Positions 1 through 9,002 of a stretch of 64,000 nt of DNA are shown piece by piece (within the stretch, counting starts at the first letter, position 1; every line of letters starts with the position of its first letter). A program made the position numbers and the translations under genes. The notes beneath the pieces were generated by a model, which was not told where the DNA came from, searched no databases, and saw only the letters and a program-made list of their open reading frames with translations. Origin of the DNA: Candidatus Velthaea sp. (lineage in GTDB: Bacteria > Vulcanimicrobiota > Vulcanimicrobiia > Vulcanimicrobiales > Vulcanimicrobiaceae); assembly GCA_965214935.1 (NCBI GenBank), contig CBDCCS010000022.1, positions 192,001 through 256,000 of the forward strand, in the 5' to 3' direction.

Positions 1-20
1 GACGATGCAAACGTTGCCAT
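1..20 (-). CDS. pstA: Probable start of phosphate ABC permease PstA (runs off the window edge)
   Basis: ATG at 20 overlaps the pstC stop (TGATG) and reads MATFAS. The identity rests only on the usual pstSCAB order. Confidence 0.4.
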
Positions 21-919
21 CAGCCGCGCCGCCGCAATGCAAAGCGAACGATCAAGATCAGTGCCATTGCGATGAAAAGCAGCAGCAATGCCATTGAAAA
101 CAGCACGTGTTCTTGGAACGATCCTTGCGGCGCGCCACCCATATCGATAACGATCTCCGTCGTTAGCGAAGCCGTCGGTCCGAACACGCCCTTCGGAAAT
201 TGCGATGAGTTGCCGATGACCATCTGCACTGCGAGCGCTTCGCCGATCGCCCGCGCTATGCCCAACACCAGAGCGACGGTCAACCCGCTCGACGCACTCG
301 GCAACAGGACGTTGGTGATCATCTGCCAGCGCGTCGACCCGAGCGCCATCGAGCCTTCGCGCAGCGCAATGGGCAACGACCGAAACGCATCCTCAGACAG
401 CGAGATGACGGTCGGCAAAATCATAATCGACAAAACGATACCGGCAGCCGCGAGGCCGAAGCCGCTCGGCGACGATGTGTGCGTACGCAAGAACGGAACG
501 AGCAGCGTCAAACCCAGCCAGCCGTAAACAACGGAGGGAATGCCGACGAGCAGCTCGATCGCCGGCTTAAGAATCGCTGCCATTCGCGACGGCGCGATCT
601 CACTGAGAAATACGCCGACGGCGATGCCGAACGGACCGCCGACCACGATTGCGAAAACCGTTACGAGCAACGTTCCGGCGATAAAGACCGCCGAGCCGCC
701 CTTAGTGTTCGCCGGATCGTAATCGGTAGAAAAGAGAAATTGCCAGACCGGCAATTTATCGACGAAGAAGCTCTTCGAGCCCTCGAACGTCAAGTAAAGC
801 AGCAGCAACGCAATCGCGACGATAACGAAGATCGCCGCAGCGCGCAGAACGATCACGGCGAGCCGTTCGATCCGATGAGAACTTCTTGCTTGTACCGAGA
901 TCACCGGTGCCACTTCCAC
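20..919 (-). CDS. pstC: Phosphate ABC transporter permease PstC
   Basis: Multi-TM protein with ELLVGIPSVVYG, the EAA-loop region REGSMALGSTRWQ and RAIGEALAV; lies downstream of pstS. Confidence 0.93.
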   Translation of the reverse strand: MEVAPVISVQARSSHRIERLAVIVLRAAAIFVIVAIALLLLYLTFEGSKSFFVDKLPVWQFLFSTDYDPANTKGGSAVFIAGTLLVTVFAIVVGGPFGIAVGVFLSEIAPSRMAAILKPAIELLVGIPSVVYGWLGLTLLVPFLRTHTSSPSGFGLAAAGIVLSIMILPTVISLSEDAFRSLPIALREGSMALGSTRWQMITNVLLPSASSGLTVALVLGIARAIGEALAVQMVIGNSSQFPKGVFGPTASLTTEIVIDMGGAPQGSFQEHVLFSMALLLLFIAMALILIVRFALRRRG

Positions 920-929
920 AGGAAGATCA

Positions 930-959
930 GGAAAAGGCGACTACTTGAGCCGCCTTTCC
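930..959 (-). terminator. pstS-pstC intergenic hairpin (partial terminator or pstS mRNA stabiliser)
   Basis: Minus strand reads GGAAAGGCGGCT-caagt-AGTCGCCTTTTCC, an imperfect inverted repeat. Confidence 0.55.
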
Positions 960-1008
960 GATGCCTTGTTCGCTCCGTCGTTGCGAGCGCTCATCCATTA
1001 CCACGTCG

Positions 1009-1827
1009 TTAGCGGTCGGACTCTTTGACTTTCATGCTCGCGATGCTGATGAAGCCGTTCTTTTTGAGCAGGTCGGCGTGTGACTCGACGAAGGCGATGA
1101 ATTTTTGCACTTCGCCGGTTGCCGGACCGTTGGTGAACATGTGTTCGTACGACCACACCGGATATTTGCCCGCGGTGATATTGTCGTCGGTCGGCGCAAC
1201 ACCATCGATCGAAACCTCGTTGACCGCCTGGCCATGCGTACCGGAGAACGCCGCGTAGCTGATCGCGCCCGGCGTTTGTTTCACGACGCTTACAACGGTG
1301 CCGGTCGCGTCTTCGGTCAGGCCCGACTCGCTAATGGTCGTGCCGCCCATGACCGTCTTCGTGAACACGGCGCGCGTCCCTGAAGAACGCGGACGATTGA
1401 TAACGACGATCTTTTGATCCGTCCCGCCGAGGTCTTTCCAATTTGTCGCCGTGCCCGTGAAGATATCCTGAAGCTGTTTCTTCGACAAATTCTTGACGTT
1501 CACGCCGGGATTGGTGATAACGGCAAAACCAATGACGGCAACTTTATTGTCGACGAGTTCGGGATGCGCGGCGGCAGCGATGTCGGAATCACCAATGTCG
1601 ATGGCCTTACCGGCGACTTGTGAAATTCCGGTGCCGGAACCGCCGCCCGAAACGCTGATCTTCACATCCTTGTGCTCGCCCTGATACACGCCGGCCGCGT
1701 CGAGGACCAGCGGCAGCAAAGCGGTTGAACCGGCAATGCTCATCGAGGTGTCAGCCAACGCCGGCCCTGCCGGAAGCGTAAGCGATAGCCCGATTGCAAC
1801 GAGCGCCAAAACTCTTGACCTGACCAC
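1009..1827 (-). CDS. pstS: Phosphate ABC transporter substrate-binding protein PstS
   Basis: Signal peptide, then IAGSTALLP, GGGSGTG and RPRSSGTR. Start moved to the GTG at 1827, which follows a GGAGG RBS. Confidence 0.93.
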   Translation of the reverse strand: MVRSRVLALVAIGLSLTLPAGPALADTSMSIAGSTALLPLVLDAAGVYQGEHKDVKISVSGGGSGTGISQVAGKAIDIGDSDIAAAAHPELVDNKVAVIGFAVITNPGVNVKNLSKKQLQDIFTGTATNWKDLGGTDQKIVVINRPRSSGTRAVFTKTVMGGTTISESGLTEDATGTVVSVVKQTPGAISYAAFSGTHGQAVNEVSIDGVAPTDDNITAGKYPVWSYEHMFTNGPATGEVQKFIAFVESHADLLKKNGFISIASMKVKESDR

Positions 1828-1900
1828 GAAGACCTCCCGCAGTGTAAGATGACAACACTCCGAACAACGAGCGAGCCGCATACCATCGTCGCAAGCGGAG

Positions 1901-1938
1901 CCTAAGCCCGGCTTAAATTAACCTTAAGAACTCTTAAT
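1901..1938 (-). promoter_or_regulatory. Putative Pho box (tandem response-regulator sites) upstream of pstS
   Basis: CCTAAG, CTTAAA, CTTAAG and CTTAAT at 1901, 1912, 1923 and 1933 (11/11/10-bp period) in an AT-rich patch. Confidence 0.6.
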
Positions 1939-3090
1939 GTCGACCTCGGCGTGCGCTGCCGGTAAGCGGCCCGTGAACGTTGAGCCGCGGCCGAGAACCG
2001 ATTGCGCCGTGAGCGTTCCACCATGTGCCTCGATGAGACTACGGGCAATCGAAAGTCCGAGACCCGTTCCGCTTTGACCGCGCGACCGCGAGCGGTCGGC
2101 TACATAGAAGCGGTCGAAAATGAACGCCAGATCGGCGAAGGGTATCCCGGCGCCCGTATCTTCCACCCGCAACACCGCCCATTGCTGCTCTCGCGTCACT
2201 TCAACGGTGACCGTTCCGGCGGCGGGTGTGTGACGTAGCGCGTTATCGACGAGGTTGACCGCGACTTGTGCCAGCCGCGCGCGGTCTGCATCGACGAAGA
2301 CGGGCTCGGGTGCTTCAAGATCGAGATTCACGTCGATGGTCGACGCGCGATGTGAAAACGTATCGACGACGGACGCCGCAACATCGGTCAAATCAAAGCG
2401 TTCTTTGCGAATGATAAGCCGGCCGGACTCCGAGCGCGCCAGCGCCAGCAGATCTTCAACGAGCCCGACGATACGTTCGACTTCGGCGGCAACTCGCGGC
2501 ATGAATTGCATGCGAGCGTCGGCGTCGTCTTCGGCGGCAAGCATCGTTTCGACCATCAACTTGATGGCGGCAAGCGGCGTGCGCAGTTCATGCGACACAT
2601 TCGAGACAAAGTCACGCCGAATGCGCTCCATGCTGACGAGCTCCGTGCGGTCGGCAGCGATCGCAACGACGCTCTGGCCGTCCAGCGACTCCACGGTGAT
2701 GCCGAGGATTCGCTCGCGTTCGCGCTCGATCACACGCACGTCCCGCGTCGAGCCGGCGCCGCTCAGGGCGTCGTTCACTTGACGCTCGAACTCCACCGAC
2801 GGCACGACTTCGATAACGACTTTGCCCTGCGAACGCGCGGCGGTGATGCCGAATAGTGATTCGGCCGCGGAGTTGATGAACGTCACGCGGCCGTTCGCAT
2901 CGAATAAGAATGCCGCGAACGGCAACGCCCGCAGAACACGCTGGGTGGCAAGCAGCGGAGCGACGGCGGTCGGTGTTTCTTTCGGCTCGTTCGATACGGG
3001 CGGTGCCGCTGCGCGCCGACGCATTGCAAGATACGTACCCAGCGCGCCGGCGATGCCGCCGCCGAGTGCGGCGACAAATTCGATCGGCAT
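1924..3090 (-). CDS. phoR: Phosphate regulon sensor histidine kinase (1 TM, PAS, HisKA, HATPase)
   Basis: FVSNVSHELRTPL, NLVDNA, DTGAGI and GTGLGL boxes; sits between the response regulator and pstS. Confidence 0.88.
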   Translation of the reverse strand: MPIEFVAALGGGIAGALGTYLAMRRRAAAPPVSNEPKETPTAVAPLLATQRVLRALPFAAFLFDANGRVTFINSAAESLFGITAARSQGKVVIEVVPSVEFERQVNDALSGAGSTRDVRVIERERERILGITVESLDGQSVVAIAADRTELVSMERIRRDFVSNVSHELRTPLAAIKLMVETMLAAEDDADARMQFMPRVAAEVERIVGLVEDLLALARSESGRLIIRKERFDLTDVAASVVDTFSHRASTIDVNLDLEAPEPVFVDADRARLAQVAVNLVDNALRHTPAAGTVTVEVTREQQWAVLRVEDTGAGIPFADLAFIFDRFYVADRSRSRGQSGTGLGLSIARSLIEAHGGTLTAQSVLGRGSTFTGRLPAAHAEVDIKSS

Positions 3091-3095
3091 CGCGA

Positions 3096-3815
3096 TTACT
3101 CGCGAAACATATAGCCGCGGCTTCGGACGGTGGCGATGTGACGCGGGTTATTGGGATCGACTTCGATCTTTTCGCGTAACCAGCGAATGTGAACGCTTAT
3201 GGTCTGGTGCTCGCCCTCGAAATCGTAGCCCCAAACCTTTTCCAACAAGATTTGGCGCGTTACGATGCGGCCGCGGTTTTCCATGAGCAAGTGCAGTAAG
3301 CGGAACTCTTTGGGTGCTAGCGCTACGTCGACGCCGCGCACGATGAGGCGCTGCCGCGTCGGGTCGATCGAGATATCTCCGATGCTGATCGCTTCGTTTT
3401 TTTGTTGCTCGAAGATGACGTCTTGGCGCCGCAATCGCGCCTTAATGCGCGCCATGATCTCGCCCAGTGCAAACGGCTTGGTGACGTAGTCGTCAGCACC
3501 GAGTTCGAGCGCGAGGACTTTATCGAACTCTTGGTCTTTGGCCGTGAGCATGATGATCGGCACCGCGCTAAGCTTGCGTATTTCTTTACAGGCTTCGATG
3601 CCGTCGAGCAGCGGCAGCATGATGTCGAGCACGACGAGATCGGGCGCCTCGGTTGCCGCGAGCATCACGGCGGTACGGCCGTCACCCGCCGTTAACACCG
3701 CATAGCCGTTTTTCTCGAGATTGTAGCGCAGCGATTGCACGATCGCCGCCTCGTCATCGACGAGCAAAATCTTCTTGCGAGCGGCCGCCACGACGGTTGC
3801 GGCAGCAGGGGCCAT
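3096..3815 (-). CDS. phoB: OmpR-family response regulator PhoB/PhoP
   Basis: LLVDDE, LDIMLP and GADDYVTKPF in the receiver; winged helix VHIRWLREKIE...TVRSRGY. ATG overlaps the ppx stop. Confidence 0.85.
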   Translation of the reverse strand: MAPAAATVVAAARKKILLVDDEAAIVQSLRYNLEKNGYAVLTAGDGRTAVMLAATEAPDLVVLDIMLPLLDGIEACKEIRKLSAVPIIMLTAKDQEFDKVLALELGADDYVTKPFALGEIMARIKARLRRQDVIFEQQKNEAISIGDISIDPTRQRLIVRGVDVALAPKEFRLLHLLMENRGRIVTRQILLEKVWGYDFEGEHQTISVHIRWLREKIEVDPNNPRHIATVRSRGYMFRE

Positions 3816-5368
3816 CAAGCGCGCACTTCCGCCGTCAGCGCTTCAGCCCCGAGACGAACGCCGAAAACTCGCTCGAAAAGATCGCCGTGAAGCATCGCGG
3901 CACCAAGTTCGCTTGCAACGTCCGTTTCAGCCTGCGCGCCGATGACGATCCGGCCGGGCTCGCGCCGCACGGTGACGTCATTGACCAGGCCGAGATGCCG
4001 CGAATCGAGACCGTCGGCGATCCGCAGGAGGGCGGCGAGTTTTTCTAGCCGCTGGCGTGCGGGCGGCTCGAGCGCCGTGAAATCTAGATGCGCGGCTTTC
4101 GGCATCGCTTTGCGGTAATAGCGCGCGATCGATGCAATCAGCATGCGTTCGTCATCGCGCCACCCGTCCAGCGCCGAAGAGCGAATGATATAAGCCGAGT
4201 GTTTATGACGCCCGCTTTCAGCGACGAACCGCCCGACACCGTGAACGAGCGCAGCAGCATAGAGCAGATCGCGGTCGCCCGGTGCGAGGCCATGAATGTC
4301 GGCCAGGCGCTCGAAAAGCCGTAGCGCTAAACGCGCGACGTGCCGTTCGTGTCCCGCTAGATGGCCGTACTTGTGCCCGAGCGCCTCAACGGCATTCATG
4401 CGCGCCGCATGTTTATCGCCTAATCGCTGCGAGAGTGCGCGGTCGCGCGCAATGAGGTCGACGATAATGCCGTCGCGCAGTGCCCGCTCGCACACGACGA
4501 TCTCGCTCATCTGCAGTCCGTTGAGCGCGGCAATGAGAACGGCGTTTCCGGCAACGATGATATCGGCGCGACGCGGATTCATCCCGGGCATCTTTCGCCG
4601 CTCCGCTTCGCTGAGCGCGAGCATGCGCCGTTGTAAGTTTTCCAAGCGCGCGCGTTCGATCGTGTAGCCGTGCACGCGGCGCAGCACGATGCCGCGATCG
4701 GCAGCATCGAGCGCCGCCAAACCCATAATCGTTCCGGACGTTCCGATGGCAAAATCGACGTTGAATTGCGCGATGCGTCCGACCAGCGGCGCGAGCGCAT
4801 CGCGAACGTACAGGTTCAACCCGCGTGCAGCCCGCGCGGGATCGGGTGCATCGCGCAGAAATGCGTCGTACAGCCGCAGACTGCCGAGTTTCACCGAGTC
4901 GAGCATGAACGCGCGCTCGCCGTCGGCAACGATCAATTCCGTCGAACCGCCGCCGATGTCGATGATGCACGCAATGCGATCGTAGATCGGAAAGCCGCTC
5001 GCTACGCCGAGATGAATGAGGCGTGCTTCTTCAGCCGCGTCAAGGATTTCGAGCGGAACACCGGTCTGCGCTTCGACTTGAACCCGAAACTCGTGTCCGT
5101 TCTCCGCTTCGCGCACGGCCGACGTCGCGACGGCGCGAATGCGCTCGGCACCGCGTTCGCGTGCCAGCGCGACGAAACGAGTGATCGCATCGACGCCGCG
5201 CGCCATGGCCTTCGGGGCCAGCCGGCCGCGTTCGAGCGCGTCGTTACTTCCCAGGCGCACCATCTCGCGCGCTTTGTACACGATGCGTGATGTGTCGTAA
5301 ATCGAGTCACACTCGACGACAATGAGGTGAATCGAGTTCGTACCGACATCGATCGCACCAAAAAGCAT
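3815..5368 (-). CDS. ppx: Exopolyphosphatase Ppx/GppA with C-terminal HD domain
   Basis: AIDVGTNSIHL, VATSAVREA, EEARL, IDIGGGSTE and ALRDG. Start taken as the ATG at 5368. Confidence 0.92.
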   Translation of the reverse strand: MLFGAIDVGTNSIHLIVVECDSIYDTSRIVYKAREMVRLGSNDALERGRLAPKAMARGVDAITRFVALARERGAERIRAVATSAVREAENGHEFRVQVEAQTGVPLEILDAAEEARLIHLGVASGFPIYDRIACIIDIGGGSTELIVADGERAFMLDSVKLGSLRLYDAFLRDAPDPARAARGLNLYVRDALAPLVGRIAQFNVDFAIGTSGTIMGLAALDAADRGIVLRRVHGYTIERARLENLQRRMLALSEAERRKMPGMNPRRADIIVAGNAVLIAALNGLQMSEIVVCERALRDGIIVDLIARDRALSQRLGDKHAARMNAVEALGHKYGHLAGHERHVARLALRLFERLADIHGLAPGDRDLLYAAALVHGVGRFVAESGRHKHSAYIIRSSALDGWRDDERMLIASIARYYRKAMPKAAHLDFTALEPPARQRLEKLAALLRIADGLDSRHLGLVNDVTVRREPGRIVIGAQAETDVASELGAAMLHGDLFERVFGVRLGAEALTAEVRA

Positions 5369-5417
5369 GCCCGCCGTTACGAGGGAGGACGCTCGTGCTC
5401 CCCCAAGCTGCCGCAAG

Positions 5418-6308
5418 ATGCAAATCGTTGTCGCGTTCGTACGGCTCGCGCGACTAAAATTTCTTGTCGGCGGCTTCGCCGGCTATGCGCTGGGAGTAAC
5501 GGTTGCAGCCTACCAAGGTGTGGTTGTAACGCCGGCCGCGTATAGCTGGGGTCAATGTATTGTGACGGCATTTCAGCTGATGACGCACTTTGCCAACGAG
5601 TACTTCGACCGGCATGCCGACCGGTATACACGGCCGACCGAATTCGCCGGCGGCAGCGGTGTGCTGGCGGCCGGGCTGCTGACGCCGCGAGTTGCAATCG
5701 TTGCCGCCGCCGTCTGTGCCGGTTGCGGCACGCTTGCGCTCGTTCGTTTCGCCGTCGCGGGCAACGCCGGCGTTGCGGCGCTCGGCCTTGCGATCGGGCT
5801 GCTATCCTGGGGTTACTCCGCCCCCCCGTTCCGGCTGGCGGCTCAAGGCTGGGGCGAGATCGACACGGCGGCGATCGTCGGTGTACTCGTCCCGCTGGCG
5901 GGTTACGCGGCCGTTGCGGGCCGGCTCGATGTGCTGATCCTCAGCGCTACGCTGGCACCGGCCGCGGCAATGTTCGCGATGATGATCGCCGTCGAGTGGC
6001 CCGATCGCAGCGCCGATCGATTGACCGGTAAACGGAATCTCGTCGTGCGCTTCGGCACGTTACGCACGGCGCGGTTGGCGACGGTTGCCGCCGTCTTGCT
6101 CGTTCCGGCCTTTGTCGCACCGCTGGCATTCGGCGCGCCGCGATCGGTCCTGCCCTTCGCGCTCCTGATCGCCCCGGTGGCAAGCGGCTTCGCGGGTCGT
6201 ATACGTGACGCCGGCGCGCTCGCCGCCGAGGTCGCCGCGCACGGAGTAACCTTGTTTTTTCTCACCGTAACGTTCTCGGTCTTCGGCTATATCTCGAGCT
6301 TGCACTAG
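5418..6308 (+). CDS. UbiA-family prenyltransferase, MenA-like (DHNA polyprenyltransferase)
   Basis: Multi-TM; NEYFD...D, GGSG, YSAPPFRL and D...D..TGKRNL motifs. Confidence 0.75.
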   Translation: MQIVVAFVRLARLKFLVGGFAGYALGVTVAAYQGVVVTPAAYSWGQCIVTAFQLMTHFANEYFDRHADRYTRPTEFAGGSGVLAAGLLTPRVAIVAAAVCAGCGTLALVRFAVAGNAGVAALGLAIGLLSWGYSAPPFRLAAQGWGEIDTAAIVGVLVPLAGYAAVAGRLDVLILSATLAPAAAMFAMMIAVEWPDRSADRLTGKRNLVVRFGTLRTARLATVAAVLLVPAFVAPLAFGAPRSVLPFALLIAPVASGFAGRIRDAGALAAEVAAHGVTLFFLTVTFSVFGYISSLH

Positions 6309-6374
6309 CGGGCGCGAGCGGCTGCCACCAGCGTCGTTGCGAACGACGCCTGCGGTATGCGAAACTAGGAGCCA

Positions 6375-6617
6375 GTGAACGAGATGACCAGGACGCCGCT
6401 GTTCGAGCGCGTTGACGCAGCACTCGATCGTATCCGCCCAAACATCGCTGCCGACGGCGGCGACGTTTGGCTGATGAACGTGGCTGACGGCATTGCCTAC
6501 GTTCAGATGGTCGGGGCGTGCGGCGGCTGCGCGGCCGCACTCGTTACGCTCAAGAGCGGCATCGAGCGCGTCGTCTGCGAGCACGTGCCCGAGATTCACG
6601 CGGTCGAGCAGCTCTAA
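6375..6617 (+). CDS. NifU/Nfu C-terminal domain Fe-S carrier
   Basis: IRPNIAADGGDV...GACGGC (CxxC)...TLKSGIE; AGGAG RBS. Confidence 0.88.
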   Translation: MNEMTRTPLFERVDAALDRIRPNIAADGGDVWLMNVADGIAYVQMVGACGGCAAALVTLKSGIERVVCEHVPEIHAVEQL

Positions 6618-6629
6618 ACAGCGACCGCT

Positions 6630-7880
6630 CTACAAGATTCGGGCGACCCCCGTCTGTGGCTCGGCTGCCGCCAACACGCCGGCCGCTGCCGATGCGCCGC
6701 CGAGCCGTCCGCGCTCGTTATCGACGTAAGCTTTGGCTTTATCGACTTCGCCGCTCAGCGAGGTGACGGTCTGCTCCATCGCACCCAGCGCCTTGAGTTT
6801 GAATTTCGACACGTCGTCCATCGCCGACATGACGGTCGCAAACGCCGTCTTGAGCGTTTCAACATCGACGCTCGACGTCGTCGCTTGTTCGTACACGCGC
6901 GTTGCATTTGCTTTGAGCATCTTTGCATTGCCTGCGATCAGGTTGCCCGTCGTCGTGTTGAGCGCTGAAATCTCGTCGAGCACCAGCCGTTGATTGGCAA
7001 TCGCTTGAGCAACGATGACCGCCGTGCGTAGGGCCGAGATCGTCGTCGTCGTCGCCCGGCCGATCCCTTTTTGCAGTTCGGTGTTATTTTTCTTGATGAG
7101 GTCGAGCGCCATGTAGCCTTGCACGTTGACCGCCATTTGCGTGGCGATATCTTGCTGCTTTTGCAACGCATAGAACAGCACATCTTCTTTGAGAATACGA
7201 GCGCGTTCGGGGTCGCTTACTTCAATGCCGGCGATCTGCGCCTGGACTGCAGTGGTAATACGCTTGGCTAGATACGCATATTGTTCGAGCGTGCCCATGA
7301 GTTTCCACATGTTGGCTTTCTCTTGCTCGATCGAGGCGTTGTCGCGCATGAGCTGATCGCGCGACCGGTATAGCGACTCGATAATCGCATTAAGGTGACT
7401 TTGCGACGATTCGTAACCGCGAAAATAATCGGTAACTTTGTTGCCCATGGGAATGATGCCCAGCAGTTTGCGCGGACCTTTGAACAGGTCGCCTTGACGC
7501 GACGGATCGAGCTTTTCGACGGTGCGGCGCAAATCGAGCATCTGCTTGGAAACATCTGAATCGTTGCCGAGCGCACCGCCCGAAAGTGCGCGCGAGGGAC
7601 GGTCCAGCAACGCGTTCGATACGTTAGCCGACGCCACGATTTCTTTATTTCCCATCGCACTCAACGCGTCGACGGCTTTCTTGAACTCATCGCCGTCGAC
7701 GGGCAATTCGACGAGCGTCTTCGCTACTTGTTCGACCTGCGCGTCGAGCGCGACTTTGTCGGCTGCCGCGATGGGGACTTTGCCGATCGCTTTTTCGGGC
7801 GCGATCGGCCCGACCGGCTGCGGGGCAACGAGTTGTTGATCGGGCGGAACCAACGTGCCCTCGAGAGTATCGTCGTTCAA
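6630..7880 (-). CDS. Toxic anion resistance protein, TelA/KlaB family
   Basis: All-helical coiled-coil protein with LRRTVEKLDP, KLLGIIP, L.RDNASI and RATTTTISALRTAV. TTG start after AAGGAAG. Confidence 0.82.
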   Translation of the reverse strand: MNDDTLEGTLVPPDQQLVAPQPVGPIAPEKAIGKVPIAAADKVALDAQVEQVAKTLVELPVDGDEFKKAVDALSAMGNKEIVASANVSNALLDRPSRALSGGALGNDSDVSKQMLDLRRTVEKLDPSRQGDLFKGPRKLLGIIPMGNKVTDYFRGYESSQSHLNAIIESLYRSRDQLMRDNASIEQEKANMWKLMGTLEQYAYLAKRITTAVQAQIAGIEVSDPERARILKEDVLFYALQKQQDIATQMAVNVQGYMALDLIKKNNTELQKGIGRATTTTISALRTAVIVAQAIANQRLVLDEISALNTTTGNLIAGNAKMLKANATRVYEQATTSSVDVETLKTAFATVMSAMDDVSKFKLKALGAMEQTVTSLSGEVDKAKAYVDNERGRLGGASAAAGVLAAAEPQTGVARIL

Positions 7881-7936
7881 CTAAGCTTCCTTTGTGCCGG
7901 CAATGACAACGATGGCGACAACGATGCAATCGGCGA

Positions 7937-8140
7937 CTACCGATCGTTGACGTGCAGATTTCGCGGCCCGCCGCACAAGTAACGTGTGTATTCGACCGGC
8001 ACGACCGACTCGCCCCGGCGCTGACCGTCGGGTGAGAGCATCTCCATGAAGCCCATCGCACCTTCGGCGGTCGCCTCACCGCCGAACATCTCACCGAGCA
8101 TGTCGCCGACGCCGCCGAAAAGATCGCCGAATCCATCCAT
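7937..8140 (-). CDS. Small Gly/Met-rich hypothetical protein (67 aa)
   Basis: ATG lies 1 nt after the YbjQ stop and the ORF fills the gap before telA; FGDLFGG/LGEMFGG repeat. Confidence 0.55.
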   Translation of the reverse strand: MDGFGDLFGGVGDMLGEMFGGEATAEGAMGFMEMLSPDGQRRGESVVPVEYTRYLCGGPRNLHVNDR

Positions 8141-8141
8141 A

Positions 8142-8993
8142 CTAGTCGTTGAGGCCGATTTGGAACATCGGCTTCACGCCGTGCGATTCCGCCCGTTTGA
8201 CGATCGACGTCCCGATGGCCATGAACTCGATAATGTGCGGCTGCCAGATATGGTTTTTCTCCACGATCTGCATGCCGACGACGCCTTCTGCGCCGTGCGC
8301 TTCGGCTTCGGCTTGCATGCGCGACATCGCCAGCTCGCGCGCGTCGTAAATCGCTGCGGTATAATTCGGCAGTTCGATATTGTTGCCCAGCGTGCGCATC
8401 GACTGCACGAAGCCGGCATGCGCAATGTGATAGACGCACGTACCCATTACCAATTCGGCCGGGATGTATCCGATCTCGTGCAAGCGATAAAAATCTTGCA
8501 CCGATAGGTCGCTGGTAAACGGCTTACCGTGAACGGTGCGGTAATCGCCGCCGGCCGGCGCTTTTACGGCCGTACCGATCGCGGTGAACTCCAGCGCGCT
8601 TTCGGCCCAGGCGTAGCTGCCGACTTCGAGCTTCACGCCGACGATACCATCGGCACCGAGCGCCGCTGCTTCTTCTTCCATGCGGGCCATGGCGAGTTCG
8701 CGCGCGTGATACATCGCCTGCGTCAAGACGCCGAGTTCTTCGTTGTTAAAATAATTGGCGTATTGCAAACCGACGTGATAAATCGAACTGCCGAGCACTA
8801 GGCCGACGGGCTCCATCTTGAGTTCTTTGAGCAACACGAACTCGGAGACCGACAGGTCGCTGGTAAAAAGCGGTTTGCCGCCTTCGCCGCGCATCCGGCG
8901 TAAGCGCGCGATCGCATCGAGCGGGACACCGCCCTGCGTGGTGCCGACTGCCGACTGTTGATTCTGCCGATTACCGATCCCGAAAAAACTCAT
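8142..8993 (-). CDS. Duplicated YbjQ/UPF0145 (putative heavy-metal-binding) domain protein
   Basis: Two internal repeats of FTSDLSV...ARELAM.RM..EA...GA.G.VG...EF.AIGT. Confidence 0.85.
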   Translation of the reverse strand: MSFFGIGNRQNQQSAVGTTQGGVPLDAIARLRRMRGEGGKPLFTSDLSVSEFVLLKELKMEPVGLVLGSSIYHVGLQYANYFNNEELGVLTQAMYHARELAMARMEEEAAALGADGIVGVKLEVGSYAWAESALEFTAIGTAVKAPAGGDYRTVHGKPFTSDLSVQDFYRLHEIGYIPAELVMGTCVYHIAHAGFVQSMRTLGNNIELPNYTAAIYDARELAMSRMQAEAEAHGAEGVVGMQIVEKNHIWQPHIIEFMAIGTSIVKRAESHGVKPMFQIGLND

Positions 8994-9002
8994 GCCGCAC
9001 CT

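Noticed and set aside
7937..8140. Small ORF as a RiPP/bacteriocin precursor with a GG leader
   Set aside because: No modifying enzymes, peptidase-ABC transporter or immunity genes lie nearby.
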